DNA of 64,000 bases from an uncultured Sterolibacteriaceae bacterium (GCA_937888595.1 CALARK010000007.1:23995-87994), one strand, 5' to 3'; counted from the first letter of the stretch, positions 8,696 to 17,884 are shown. Made by a program: numbers and translations. The notes: generated by a model from the letters alone, not told the origin.

Positions 8696-9868
8696 ATGAG
8701 CATCGAGATCCGTTCCGCCCCGCACATCAAGGCGCCGAAAAGCGTCGAGACGATCATGCGCCATGTCGTCTGGTCGCTCATGCCGGTGTGCGCCTTCTTC
8801 GTCTTCCAGTACGGCCTGTCGGCACTGGCTTCGCTGATGGTGGTTACCGTCAGCTGCCTGGCCACCGAGCGGCTGATCGTCCGGACCGGCACGCAGTCGG
8901 GTGACATCTCCGACTACTCGGCGGCGATCACCGGCCTGCTGCTGGCGCTGTCGCTGCCGCCGGGCTTCCCGCTGTGGATGGGCGCGGTGGCCGGCATCGT
9001 CGCCATCGCGCTCGGCAAGGCGCTGTTCGGCGGCATCGGCTTCAACGTCTTCAATCCGGCACTGGTCGGCCGCGCCTTCGTGCAGGCGGCCTTCCCGCAG
9101 GCGATCGCGACCTACACGCCCTCCTTCCTGCCCGGCCGCTTCCACGAGATGGTCCCCTCCTCGATGACGCTGCCGCTGATGCAGCCGGCCGCCGTGGCCG
9201 ACTGGCTGAAGGCCAAGCATCTCGATGCGCTGGCCGGCGCCACGCCGCTGGCGAAATGGAAGTTCGAGGGCATCCTCGCCAATGCCGACGAGCTGCTCAC
9301 CTCGCTGTCCGGCCACATGGCGGTCGGCCCCTCGCCGGCGCTGATCCTCGTCTGCGGCATCTACCTCGCGGCGCGGCGCTTCATGGACTGGCGCATCCCG
9401 GCGGCGATCCTCGGCAGCGCCGGCCTGACCGCCTGGCTGCTGTTCGCGCTCAACGACGTGCGTTATCCGAATCCTTTCTTCATGCTGTTCTCGGGCGGCC
9501 TGATCCTCGGCGCGGTGTACATGGCGACCGACATGGCGACCTCGCCGGTGACGCCCAAGGGCATGTGGGTCTATGGTGCGCTGATCGGCCTGCTGACCGT
9601 CGTGATCCGCTACTACAGCGGCCTGCCGGAAGGCGTGATGTACGCGATCCTGCTCGGCAACGCGGCGACGCCGCTGATCGAGAAGATCACCCAGCCGACC
9701 CCGTTCGGCAAGACGGCGTTCGCGCTGCTGGGCCGGCAGAAGAAGGGCGCGTCCTACTCGCTGCATCCGGGCTACATTTCGCGCGAGGATGCCGGCGCGG
9801 TGACACCGAGGAAGCGTTTCCTGAGCAACAAGCCGAAGCGCGACGAGCGCAAGAAACCGAACGAGTAG
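8696..9868 (+). CDS. rnfD: Rnf complex subunit D (with a basic C-terminal tail)
   Basis: 390-aa polytopic membrane protein of the RnfD/NqrB family, with the flavin-attachment type motif AGATPLA. Confidence 0.85.
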   Translation: MSIEIRSAPHIKAPKSVETIMRHVVWSLMPVCAFFVFQYGLSALASLMVVTVSCLATERLIVRTGTQSGDISDYSAAITGLLLALSLPPGFPLWMGAVAGIVAIALGKALFGGIGFNVFNPALVGRAFVQAAFPQAIATYTPSFLPGRFHEMVPSSMTLPLMQPAAVADWLKAKHLDALAGATPLAKWKFEGILANADELLTSLSGHMAVGPSPALILVCGIYLAARRFMDWRIPAAILGSAGLTAWLLFALNDVRYPNPFFMLFSGGLILGAVYMATDMATSPVTPKGMWVYGALIGLLTVVIRYYSGLPEGVMYAILLGNAATPLIEKITQPTPFGKTAFALLGRQKKGASYSLHPGYISREDAGAVTPRKRFLSNKPKRDERKKPNE

Positions 9869-9871
9869 CCG

Positions 9872-10561
9872 ATGAGCCAAGCCACCGACGCCCTTACCGT
9901 CAGCACGCCCACCGTGGGGATGATCCGCACGCTCGGCCTGGTCGCGGCCCTGTGCGGGCTGATCATCGTCAGCGCCTACCAGGGCACCTACGATGCGGTG
10001 CAGGAAAACAAGCGCATCGCAGTCGAGCGCGCCGTGTTCAAGGTGATCCCTGTGGCGACCTCGATCGTCGAGTACCTCGCCCCGGGCAGCGGTGCGCCGC
10101 AGAAAGTCGGCACCGGCGGGACGGCACCGGCCGGCTCGATCAAGTTCTACGCGGGCTACGACAAGGATGGCCACCTCGCCGGGATCGCCGCCGAGGGGGC
10201 CGCGAAAGGCTATGCCGACACGGTGCGCATCCTGTTCGCCTGGGATCCCGCACAGGCGACGATCACCGGCTTCGGCGTCGTCTCGTCGCGCGAGACGCCG
10301 GGCATCGGCGACAAGATCGTCGTCGACAAGGACTTCCTCGCCAACTTCCCGCTCGCTGCGCCGCTGTCCGACGACCGCATGGTGCTCGCGCACGAAATCC
10401 GCACGGTGAAGCACGGGACCAAGACCCAGCCCTGGGAAATCGACGCGATCGCCGGTGCGACCATCACCTCGCGCGCCGTCGGCAAGGCGATCAACGAGGC
10501 CGCGCAGGCGCTGGTGCCGCGGCTGGTCCCCCACCTCGATGCCCTGAAGGAAAAATCATGA
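9872..10561 (+). CDS. rnfG: Rnf complex subunit G
   Basis: 229 aa with an N-terminal anchor helix and FMN-bind motif AIAGATITSRAV. Contains one 24-nt repeat copy (KVGTGGTA). Confidence 0.85.
   Translation: MSQATDALTVSTPTVGMIRTLGLVAALCGLIIVSAYQGTYDAVQENKRIAVERAVFKVIPVATSIVEYLAPGSGAPQKVGTGGTAPAGSIKFYAGYDKDGHLAGIAAEGAAKGYADTVRILFAWDPAQATITGFGVVSSRETPGIGDKIVVDKDFLANFPLAAPLSDDRMVLAHEIRTVKHGTKTQPWEIDAIAGATITSRAVGKAINEAAQALVPRLVPHLDALKEKS
10102..10125 (+). repeat. 24-nt repeat copy c (inside rnfG)
   Basis: GAAAGTCGGCACCGGCGGGACGGC, 2 mismatches. Read as KVGTGGTA. Confidence 0.8.
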
Positions 10562-11208
10562 GCACCGCGACGAACCTGTCATCGACCGATCGCTGGGACG
10601 AGTTCATGGAGGGCGTCTGGCGCCAGAACCCGCTTTTCGTCATGGTGCTGGGCCTGTGCCCCGCGCTGGCGGTGACGGTCTCGGCCGTGAACGCGCTGTC
10701 GATGGGACTCGCCACCACCTTCGTGCTGACCTGCTCGTGCCTGCTGGTGTCGCTGTTGCGCAAGATGATCCCGAAGGAAGTGCGCATCGCCACCTACATC
10801 GTCATCATCGCCACCTTCGTCACCGTCGTCGACTACGTGATCCAGGCGGTCAGCCTTGCCCTCTACGATGCGCTCGGCGCCTTCATCCAGCTGATCGTGG
10901 TCAACTGCATCATCCTCGGACGTGCCGAGGCCCATGCGTCGAAGAACCCGCCGCTGCCGGCGATGCTCAACGCCCTGGGCATGAGCGCCGGTTTCACCCT
11001 CGGCCTGTTCGCGCTGGGCGCCGTCCGCGAGATCCTCGGCGCGGGCACGCTGTTCGGCATCTCGCTGTTCGGCCCGCACTTCCAGCCGTGGGTGGTGATG
11101 GTGCTGCCGCCGGGCGGCTTTTTCGTGCTGGGCCTCTGGCTGCTGGTGTTCGCCGCCATCGCCCGGCGCAAGCAGGACAAACTCGCGGAGGCCGCCGGCC
11201 ATGCATGA
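10558..11208 (+). CDS. rnfE: Rnf complex subunit E
   Basis: ATG 10558 overlaps the rnfG stop. MSTATNLSS...NPLFVMVLGLCPALAVT, RnfE/NqrD-type membrane protein. Confidence 0.85.
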   Translation: MSTATNLSSTDRWDEFMEGVWRQNPLFVMVLGLCPALAVTVSAVNALSMGLATTFVLTCSCLLVSLLRKMIPKEVRIATYIVIIATFVTVVDYVIQAVSLALYDALGAFIQLIVVNCIILGRAEAHASKNPPLPAMLNALGMSAGFTLGLFALGAVREILGAGTLFGISLFGPHFQPWVVMVLPPGGFFVLGLWLLVFAAIARRKQDKLAEAAGHA

Positions 11209-11779
11209 GTCCGCCGCCCAGATCTTCATCAATGCCTTCCTCGCCAACAACTTCGTGCTGGCGATGTTCCTCGGCCTGTGCCCCTTCATCGGCGTGTCGG
11301 GCAAGCTCGAAACCGCCGCGCCGATGGGCGCCGCGACGACCTTCGTCATGCTGGTCGCCTCGCTGTGCGCCTATGGGCTCAACCTGCTGCTGACGAGCTT
11401 TAACCTGGAGTTCCTGCGCCTGATCGCCTACATCGTCATCATCGCGTCGGCCGTGCAACTGGTCGAGATGGTGCTGAAGAAATACAGCCCCGGCCTGTTC
11501 CGTGCGCTGGGCATCTACCTGCCGCTGATCACCACCAACTGCGCGGTGCTCGGCGTGGCGCTGTTCCAGACGGCGCGCGAATACGATTTCGTGCAGTCCG
11601 TGACGTTCGCGGTCGGCGCCGGCGCGGGCTTCACGCTGGCGCTGGTGCTGATGGCCAGCGTGCGCGAGCGCCTGCAACTGTCCGACGTGCCGTCCGTGGC
11701 GCAGGGCACGGCCCTGTCGCTGATGCTCGCGGGCATCCTGTCGCTGGCCTTCATGGGTTTCGCCGGCCTCGGCGGCTGA
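11201..11779 (+). CDS. rnfA: Rnf complex subunit A
   Basis: 192 aa. NNFVLAMFLGLCPFIGVS, RnfA/NqrE family. Overlaps the rnfE end by 8 nt. Confidence 0.9.
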   Translation: MHESAAQIFINAFLANNFVLAMFLGLCPFIGVSGKLETAAPMGAATTFVMLVASLCAYGLNLLLTSFNLEFLRLIAYIVIIASAVQLVEMVLKKYSPGLFRALGIYLPLITTNCAVLGVALFQTAREYDFVQSVTFAVGAGAGFTLALVLMASVRERLQLSDVPSVAQGTALSLMLAGILSLAFMGFAGLGG

Positions 11780-11787
11780 GGCGAAGC

Positions 11788-11979
11788 GTGGGTACCTACC
11801 TTCTCACCATCGGGCTGATCTTCGCCCTGATGCTTGCGGGCATTGCCGTTGATCGGCTCTACCGCGCCTTCGCCGCCCGCAATCCCCAGTTGGGCCCCTT
11901 CCGCAAGCCGGAGGGCGGGTGCGGCAGTTGCAGCGGTGGCCAGTGCGGCAGCGGACTGGACAGCGGCTGCAAGCGCTGA
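11788..11979 (+). CDS. Small membrane-anchored four-cysteine protein, possibly an NqrM-like maturation factor
   Basis: 63 aa. GTG start 6 nt after a GAGG that overlaps the rnfA stop. One TM helix (LLTIGLIFALMLAGIAV), then GGCGSCSGGQCGSGLDSGC. Confidence 0.5.
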   Translation: MGTYLLTIGLIFALMLAGIAVDRLYRAFAARNPQLGPFRKPEGGCGSCSGGQCGSGLDSGCKR

Positions 11980-12044
11980 CGCTGGAGTCGTTGCCGGCCC
12001 GGTATGATGGGGCCTGATTTCCCCCAACCCCGACAGGACCCACC

Positions 12045-12326
12045 ATGGATACCGAAAACCTGAGCAAGGAACAACGCATCCTGCGCGTGCTGCGCAAGGT
12101 GCTCGCCAACATCGTCAAGGATGCCACCCCGGCCCCGGGCATGCCGCATCCGCTTTCGGAAAGCACCATCCACGACATTCGCGACCTGTTCGGCCTGATC
12201 TCCGAGCGGGAGGCCGAACTGGCCGCTGAAGCCGGCCGCACCGCGGTCGAGCGGCCGTACTTCACCGACGAGCAACGCAACACGCAGACGCTCGCATTCC
12301 ACAAGCCGCCGAAGAAACTCAACTGA
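12045..12326 (+). CDS. Hypothetical protein (93 aa)
   Basis: Clean ORF with plausible codon usage, followed by a repeat copy and a strong hairpin. No family recognised. Confidence 0.5.
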   Translation: MDTENLSKEQRILRVLRKVLANIVKDATPAPGMPHPLSESTIHDIRDLFGLISEREAELAAEAGRTAVERPYFTDEQRNTQTLAFHKPPKKLN

Positions 12327-12350
12327 GAAAGTCGGCGCCGGCAGGACGGC
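12327..12350 (+). repeat. 24-nt repeat copy d (intergenic)
   Basis: GAAAGTCGGCGCCGGCAGGACGGC, starting immediately after the TGA stop of the 12045 ORF. Confidence 0.85.
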
Positions 12351-12353
12351 AGA

Positions 12354-12391
12354 AACGAGAACGGCCCGCACATCGGCGGGCCGTTCTCGTT
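12354..12391. terminator. Strong GC hairpin between the 12045 ORF and the tRNA-Lys genes; probable bidirectional terminator
   Basis: 16-bp perfect stem AACGAGAACGGCCCGC / GCGGGCCGTTCTCGTT with a 6-nt loop, followed by GATTTC. Confidence 0.6.
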
Positions 12392-12397
12392 GATTTC

Positions 12398-12473
12398 TGG
12401 TGGGCCGTGTAGGGGTCGAACCTACGACAAACGGATTAAGAGTCCGCTGCTCTACCAACTGAGCTAACGGCCC
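12398..12473 (-). tRNA. tRNA-Lys (anticodon CTT)
   Basis: Reverse complement reads GGGCCGTTAGCTCAGTTGGTAGAGCAGCGGACTCTTAATCCGTTTGTCGTAGGTTCGACCCCTACACGGCCCACCA. Cloverleaf and encoded CCA are present. Confidence 0.9.
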
Positions 12474-12480
12474 TGAAATT

Positions 12481-12556
12481 TGGTGGGTGGTACAGGATTC
12501 GAACCTGTGACCAATTGGTTAAAAGCCAACTGCTCTACCGACTGAGCTAACCACCC
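12481..12556 (-). tRNA. tRNA-Lys (anticodon TTT)
   Basis: Reverse complement reads GGGTGGTTAGCTCAGTCGGTAGAGCAGTTGGCTTTTAACCAATTGGTCACAGGTTCGAATCCTGTACCACCCACCA. Confidence 0.9.
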
Positions 12557-12634
12557 GTGCGACCGAAGCCGCGCATTATAGCGATTCGACGGCTGTTGGG
12601 AATATCCTGCGGCCGGAAAATTTCATGTCCGCAT

Positions 12635-13732
12635 TCACTCCTGCATCATGCGCCAGTACTGGTATTTCATCGTCGCGGCCGCACCGGCGATGATGGCGGC
12701 GAGTGTGAGGATCGAACCCAGCGCCAGCGTCGAGACGCCGGTGATGCCCTGGCCGATGGTGCAGCCCATCGACAGCACGCCGCCGATGCCCATCAGCACT
12801 GCACCGATGGCGTGGTTGAGGAAGTCCTTGGCGTCGACGAACCATTCGATGCGGAAGCCCTTGCTGACGATCGCCCAGAGGAAGGAGCCGGCGATGATGC
12901 CGAGCAGGGCGACGATGCCGAAGTTGATCAGCGACGTGTCCTGGGGATTCATGAGGTAACGCGCGCCGTCGCCCATCGGGCTCATGAAGGTGAAGGACTG
13001 GGTTTCCACGCGCAGCGGCTTGGTGTCGGCGAAATCGGCATATTCCTTCCATTCGGCGCCCATCGTGCCGCCCGTGACGTACCAGCCGGCGATGACGACC
13101 AGGCCGATGACGATGCCGGCGAGGATGTTGTCGAAGTTGCCGCGGAATTCGCGCGAGGTGAAGGCGAAGGCGATCACGAGCAGGGCCAGGGCGATGCCGG
13201 CGACGGTATTGCCGAGGCCGACGAGATCGCCCAGCGTTTGGGTCTTGAAGCCGCTGTCGGCGAGGTTGAGGGTGGTGGCGCCGACGATCTTGCCGAACAC
13301 GGCGTTGTAGAAGTCGGTCCACAGCATCAGGTAGGCGAAGGTGCCGGCGATGGCGAGCACGACCAGCGATTTCAGGTTGCCGCCGCCGATGCGCACCAGC
13401 GTCTTGTTGCCGCAGCCGGAGGCGAGCGTCATGCCGATGCCGAACATCAGGCCGCCGAGCAGGTAGCGCAGCCAGGCGAACTGCGGCGTGCGGTAGGGCG
13501 GGAAGGTGGCCGTGCCGAGGTTGGCGAGGCCGCCCGCTTCGAGCGCGACCACGCCGAGCATGGCCACGGCGGCGGCGAGCAGCCAGGCGCGCAGGCGGCC
13601 GGTATCGTCCATGTTGACCCAGTCGGACACCGCACCCATGGTGCAGAAATTGGTCTTGTTGGCCACAGCGCCCATGACGACGGCCAGGCCGAAAACGATC
13701 AGCAGCACCTGATGATGAATCGTGAGTTCCAT
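12635..13732 (-). CDS. YeeE/YedE family sulfur-compound (thiosulfate-type) transporter
   Basis: 365-aa polytopic protein with the conserved Cys segments NFCTMGA, ASGCGNK and SMGCTIG typical of YeeE/YedE. Confidence 0.8.
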   Translation of the reverse strand: MELTIHHQVLLIVFGLAVVMGAVANKTNFCTMGAVSDWVNMDDTGRLRAWLLAAAVAMLGVVALEAGGLANLGTATFPPYRTPQFAWLRYLLGGLMFGIGMTLASGCGNKTLVRIGGGNLKSLVVLAIAGTFAYLMLWTDFYNAVFGKIVGATTLNLADSGFKTQTLGDLVGLGNTVAGIALALLVIAFAFTSREFRGNFDNILAGIVIGLVVIAGWYVTGGTMGAEWKEYADFADTKPLRVETQSFTFMSPMGDGARYLMNPQDTSLINFGIVALLGIIAGSFLWAIVSKGFRIEWFVDAKDFLNHAIGAVLMGIGGVLSMGCTIGQGITGVSTLALGSILTLAAIIAGAAATMKYQYWRMMQE

Positions 13733-13854
13733 GTGGTTATCTCCGCAGGCCGGATGCCGGCAATCTTGTTGTGGTTGACGGTAAACAGGCGGCGATTCTC
13801 TTGCAAAGATGGCCGCTATTTAATTCAAAGCTTCGCATCGGGAATAACCACGCC

Positions 13855-14544
13855 CTATGTGCGCGAATGCTGATATACGGTCGGATCTTCGACACCGGCG
13901 GCCGCGAAGCCTTCGCGACGCAGCCGGCACGCATCGCACACTCCGCAGGCCTGCCCGGCGTCATCGGCCTGATAGCAGGAAACGGTCTGCGCGTAATCGA
14001 TGCCGAGCGCCAGGCCGCGGCGGATGATCTGTGCCTTGGACAGGTCGATCAGCGGCGCATGGATGCGCAACGCGTGGCCTTCCACGCCGGCCTTGGTGGC
14101 GAGGTTCGCCATCCGTTCGAAGGCTTCGATGAAGGCCGGCCGGCAATCGGGATAGCCCGAGTAGTCGACCGCATTGACGCCGACGAAGAGGTCCTGGGCG
14201 CCGAGAATCTCCGCCCAGCCGAGGGCGAGCGACAGCATGATGGTGTTGCGCGCCGGGACGTAGGTGACCGGGATGCCCGGCTGGACACCGCCGGTCGGAA
14301 CGGAAATAGAGGCATCGGTCAGCGCGGAGCCGCCGAACTGGGCCATGTCGAGATGCAGGGTGCGGTGGGCCGCGGCACCGAGCGCGGCGGCCACGCGCGC
14401 CGCGGCGGCGAGCTCGGCCGCGTGGCGCTGGCCGTAGTCGACCGACAGGCAATGGCAGGCGAACCCCTGGCTATTCGCGATGGCGAGGCAGGTGGCCGAG
14501 TCGAGCCCGCCCGAGAGCAGCACCACGGCCGGCTTATCTGCCAC
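13855..14544 (-). CDS. queC: 7-cyano-7-deazaguanine synthase QueC
   Basis: 229 aa. [15 protein letters not shown]-loop and C-terminal Zn cysteines [17 protein letters not shown]. Confidence 0.9.
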   Translation of the reverse strand: MADKPAVVLLSGGLDSATCLAIANSQGFACHCLSVDYGQRHAAELAAAARVAAALGAAAHRTLHLDMAQFGGSALTDASISVPTGGVQPGIPVTYVPARNTIMLSLALGWAEILGAQDLFVGVNAVDYSGYPDCRPAFIEAFERMANLATKAGVEGHALRIHAPLIDLSKAQIIRRGLALGIDYAQTVSCYQADDAGQACGVCDACRLRREGFAAAGVEDPTVYQHSRT

Positions 14545-15214
14545 GCTGGGCTCCCCAGAGGATCTTGTGCAGTTGCAACTGAAAGTGCACCGGGAGCCGG
14601 TCGGCGAGAATCCACTCGGCGAGCTGTGCCGGCGGCAGTCGATCCCACACCGGCGAGAACAACACCGGGCAGATTTCCGTCAGCGGCCGTCCTGCCGGCG
14701 CCGACTTTTCGTGCCGCCCCGCGAGGATTTCCTTCGCCCAGTCGTAGTCGGCGCGCGAAGCGAGCACGAACTTGAGTTCGTCGGTCGGCCGCAGGCAGTC
14801 GAGGTTCTCCCAGCGGTTCTTTCCCGCCTCGCCGGAATCCGGTGCTTTGAGGTCGACGATGCGCGCGACGCGCGGATCGACGGAACCAATGTCGAGCGCG
14901 CCCGAGGTTTCGAGGGAGACCGAGTAGCCGGCGTCGCACAGCGAGGTCAGCAGTGCCAGGCAGTTCGGCTGGGCGAGCGGCTCGCCGCCGGTGACGCACA
15001 CCGTGGAGCAGGCATGGGAGGCGACTTGCGCGCGGATCGCGTCGAGCGTCATCGTTTCCCCGCCGCTGAACGCATAGGCGGTATCGCACCAACGACAGCG
15101 CAGCGGGCAGCCGGTCAGCCGCACGAAGACGGTCGGCAGGCCGGCGCGCGTCGACTCTCCCTGCAGGGAATGGAAAATTTCCGCGACGCGCAGGGTCGGG
15201 GCGCTGCCCGTCAT
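14534..15214 (-). CDS. queE: 7-carboxy-7-deazaguanine synthase QueE (radical SAM)
   Basis: Start at ATG 15214 ([21 protein letters not shown]...). Radical-SAM motif [10 protein letters not shown]. Contains one repeat copy (KSAPAGRP). Confidence 0.85.
   Translation of the reverse strand: MTGSAPTLRVAEIFHSLQGESTRAGLPTVFVRLTGCPLRCRWCDTAYAFSGGETMTLDAIRAQVASHACSTVCVTGGEPLAQPNCLALLTSLCDAGYSVSLETSGALDIGSVDPRVARIVDLKAPDSGEAGKNRWENLDCLRPTDELKFVLASRADYDWAKEILAGRHEKSAPAGRPLTEICPVLFSPVWDRLPPAQLAEWILADRLPVHFQLQLHKILWGAQRGR
14686..14709 (-). repeat. 24-nt repeat copy e (inside queE)
   Basis: Reverse complement AAAAGTCGGCGCCGGCAGGACGGC, 1 mismatch. Read as KSAPAGRP. Confidence 0.85.
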
Positions 15215-15222
15215 CGCTGCGA

Positions 15223-15990
15223 CTACCGCTTCTTCTTGGGGGCGAGCGTCTTGATGCGTGCGCGGGCAGTTTCCACCGCCGGACTGGTCGGGTACTTCTC
15301 GACCAGCGTCTGCAGCACCTTCACCGCGCCATCGACATCCTTCGCGCCGACCAGCGCGTTCGACTGGGCGAGCAGGGCATCCGGGGCCTTCGCGTCGTTC
15401 GGCCAGGTGGCGGCGACGTGGCCGAAGGCCTGCGCCGCGGGTGCATACTGCTTCTGCTGATACAGGCTCGAACCGAGCCAATAGTGCGCGTTGGGCAGCA
15501 TCGTCGACTGGGTGTGGCCGGAGATAAAGGCCTCGAAAGCGGCTTGCGCCTCCTTGAATTTGCTTTCGCGGAACAGGCCGAGGGCTGTCTCGTAGTCCCG
15601 CATTTCCGTCTGCGGGTCGGCCTTGGGCTGGGCCGGTGCAGCCGGGTCGGCCGAAGGCATCGTCGTCGATTCGAGCTTTCGCAGGCGGTTGTCGAGGTCG
15701 ACGTAGAAATCCTGCTGGCGCTTCTGGGCCGTTTCGACGGCGTTCATCAGCACTTCGACCTGGCCGCGCAGGCGGGCCACTTCGGTGCGCAGGGACTCCA
15801 TCTGGTTGGCGAAATCGAGCTGGTTGCGCGAGGCCGTGTCGACACGCTGCGTCAGGGCGTCGAGCGCCTGCGTCAGTTCGGTCCGCAACTGCGCGACCTG
15901 CTGGCGGGCCCCGTCATCCTCGAACAGGGCGGCGTGCGCCGGCAGCGCGAGGAGCGCGCCGGCAAGCAACAGCGGCCTCAACTTCATCAA
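15223..15990 (-). CDS. cpoB: Tol-Pal system protein CpoB/YbgF
   Basis: 255 aa with a signal peptide, coiled-coil N-terminus and TPR-like C-terminus (YWLGSSLYQQKQYAPAAQAF). Lies downstream of pal. Confidence 0.85.
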   Translation of the reverse strand: MMKLRPLLLAGALLALPAHAALFEDDGARQQVAQLRTELTQALDALTQRVDTASRNQLDFANQMESLRTEVARLRGQVEVLMNAVETAQKRQQDFYVDLDNRLRKLESTTMPSADPAAPAQPKADPQTEMRDYETALGLFRESKFKEAQAAFEAFISGHTQSTMLPNAHYWLGSSLYQQKQYAPAAQAFGHVAATWPNDAKAPDALLAQSNALVGAKDVDGAVKVLQTLVEKYPTSPAVETARARIKTLAPKKKR

Positions 15991-16526
15991 AACTCGCCCG
16001 AGTAGAGCATGTCACCGCGGCGGTTCTGCGCCCAGCAGCTTTCCGCGGCTTCCATGCAGGCCGGCTTTTCCTCGCCGAGGCTGACCGACTCGAGCTGCAC
16101 TTCCTTGGCGCCGAGCAGTTGCAGCGCTTTCTTCACCGCCTCGGCGCGCTTCTGGCCGAGCGCCAGGTTGTATTCACGGCTGCCGCGCTCGTCGGCATGC
16201 CCCTGGATCAGCATCTTCATCTGATCGTTCCGGGCCAGGAACTTGGCGTGATGCTCGAGCAGGGCCTGGTATTCGCCCTTGACGACGTAGCTGTCGTAGT
16301 CGAAATAGACGCTGCGCTTGGCGAGCGGGCTCTGCGGGTCCTTCAGGGCGGCCAGCGCATAGGGGTCGGCCGTAGCGGCAGCGACCGGGGCGGTGGTCGC
16401 CACGGCATTCGGGTTGCGGTCTTCGACGCCGGCGCCGGCCTGTTCGGGGGCTGCCGGCTGGCTGCCGCAACCGGACAGTGCGGCGAGAACGATCAGGGAA
16501 ACGGAAAGGGCATAAGCGGTGCGCAT
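15987..16526 (-). CDS. pal: Peptidoglycan-associated lipoprotein Pal
   Basis: Lipobox LAALSGC and an OmpA-like domain (VYFDYDSYVV...GHADERGSREYNLALGQKRA). Confidence 0.9.
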   Translation of the reverse strand: MRTAYALSVSLIVLAALSGCGSQPAAPEQAGAGVEDRNPNAVATTAPVAAATADPYALAALKDPQSPLAKRSVYFDYDSYVVKGEYQALLEHHAKFLARNDQMKMLIQGHADERGSREYNLALGQKRAEAVKKALQLLGAKEVQLESVSLGEEKPACMEAAESCWAQNRRGDMLYSGEF

Positions 16527-16580
16527 GGCGAGGTCCTATGGAGGCGGGTGGGTGGAGGCTGCGTGGAGAGTGTGTGACGG

Positions 16581-17855
16581 CTACGGGTTGAACGGGCCCC
16601 AGGCGGGCTCGCGGACATCGGCGGCCTGAACGGACAGCCGCTGCTTGACGCGGCCGTCGACCGAGACCGCGGCGAGCACGCCGCGCCCCCCGACTTCGGT
16701 GGCGAACAGGATCATGCGGCCGTTGGGCGCGAAGCTGGGCGATTCGTCCTTGGCCGTGTCGGTCAGGATCTGGGTCTGGCGCGTCGCGAGGTCCATGACC
16801 GCGACGCGGAAGCGTCCGCCGTCGCGCGTGACGAAGGCCAAGGTTTTGCCGTCCGGCGAGAGGCGCGGGGTGACGTTGTAGCTGCCGTCGAAGGTGATGC
16901 GCTGCGCGCTGCCGCCGGTGGCGGGCAGGCGATAGATCTGCGGGCTGCCGCCGCGGTCGGACGTGAAATAGATGAAGGCGCCGTCGGGCGAGAACTGCGG
17001 CTCGGTGTCGATGCCGCTCGAGCTGGCCAGCCGGGTCACGCCGCTACCGTCGGCATTGACGAGATAGAGCTGCGAAGCGCCGTCCTTGGTCAGGACGACG
17101 GCGAGCCGCTTGCCGTCCGGCGACCAGGCCGGGGCGGAGTTCGAGCCCTTGAAGTTGGCGACGACATGGCGGCGGCCGGTGGCGAGGTCATGCACGTAGA
17201 TGATCGGCTTCTTCGCCTCGAAGGACACGTAGGCGAGCTTGACGCCGTCCGGCGACCAGGCCGGCGAGATGATCGGTTCGCGCGAGGCGAGCGCGGCCTG
17301 CGCGCCATTGCCGTCGGCATCGGCGATCTGCAGCTCGAAGCGTCCCGCGCTTTTCACGACATAGGCGATGCGCGTGGAGAAGATGCCGCGCTCGCCGGTG
17401 AGTTTTTCGTAGATGGTGTCGGCGATGCGGTGGGCGGTGGTGCGGATCTGCGCGGAAGTGTGGGCGTAGGCCTGGCCGGCGATCACGTTCTGCTTGAGGA
17501 TGTCGTGCAGGCGAAAGCGCGTTTCGTAGCGCCCGTCGGCGAATGCGGTGACGCTGCCGGCGGCCAGGGCATCGGCGCCGCGCGCCTTCCAGGCGGCATG
17601 GTCGGGCAGCGAGTTTTCGTCGAGGGTCGCACCGCTCGTGTCGATCAGGTTGAAGCGGCCGCTGCGCTCGAGATCGGATCGGACGACCGAGCCGAGGGCC
17701 TTCGACACGCCGGCGGCGCCGGCGAATTCGGTGACGGCGACCGGCATGCGCTGGGCGCCGGCCCCGGTGATCTCGATGGAAAGCTGTGCGTGTACGGACA
17801 ATGCCGCCAGTGACATAGCCAGGCTGGCCGCGAGTCGGGTAATCTGGATTTTCAT
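16581..17855 (-). CDS. tolB: Tol-Pal system beta-propeller protein TolB
   Basis: Start at MKIQITRLAASLAMSLAALSVHAQ. Repeated PAWSPDG / PQFSPDG / PRLSPDG propeller motifs. Confidence 0.9.
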   Translation of the reverse strand: MKIQITRLAASLAMSLAALSVHAQLSIEITGAGAQRMPVAVTEFAGAAGVSKALGSVVRSDLERSGRFNLIDTSGATLDENSLPDHAAWKARGADALAAGSVTAFADGRYETRFRLHDILKQNVIAGQAYAHTSAQIRTTAHRIADTIYEKLTGERGIFSTRIAYVVKSAGRFELQIADADGNGAQAALASREPIISPAWSPDGVKLAYVSFEAKKPIIYVHDLATGRRHVVANFKGSNSAPAWSPDGKRLAVVLTKDGASQLYLVNADGSGVTRLASSSGIDTEPQFSPDGAFIYFTSDRGGSPQIYRLPATGGSAQRITFDGSYNVTPRLSPDGKTLAFVTRDGGRFRVAVMDLATRQTQILTDTAKDESPSFAPNGRMILFATEVGGRGVLAAVSVDGRVKQRLSVQAADVREPAWGPFNP

Positions 17856-17884
17856 GGGGTTCGCATTATAGACCGCCGGCCGGA

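Noticed and set aside
11859-12458. 199-aa minus-strand ORF spanning the tRNA-Lys gene and the terminator.
   Set aside because: Its N-terminus (MVEQRTLNPFVVGSTPTRPT) is simply the translated tRNA sequence, and it crosses a 16-bp hairpin and a repeat copy.
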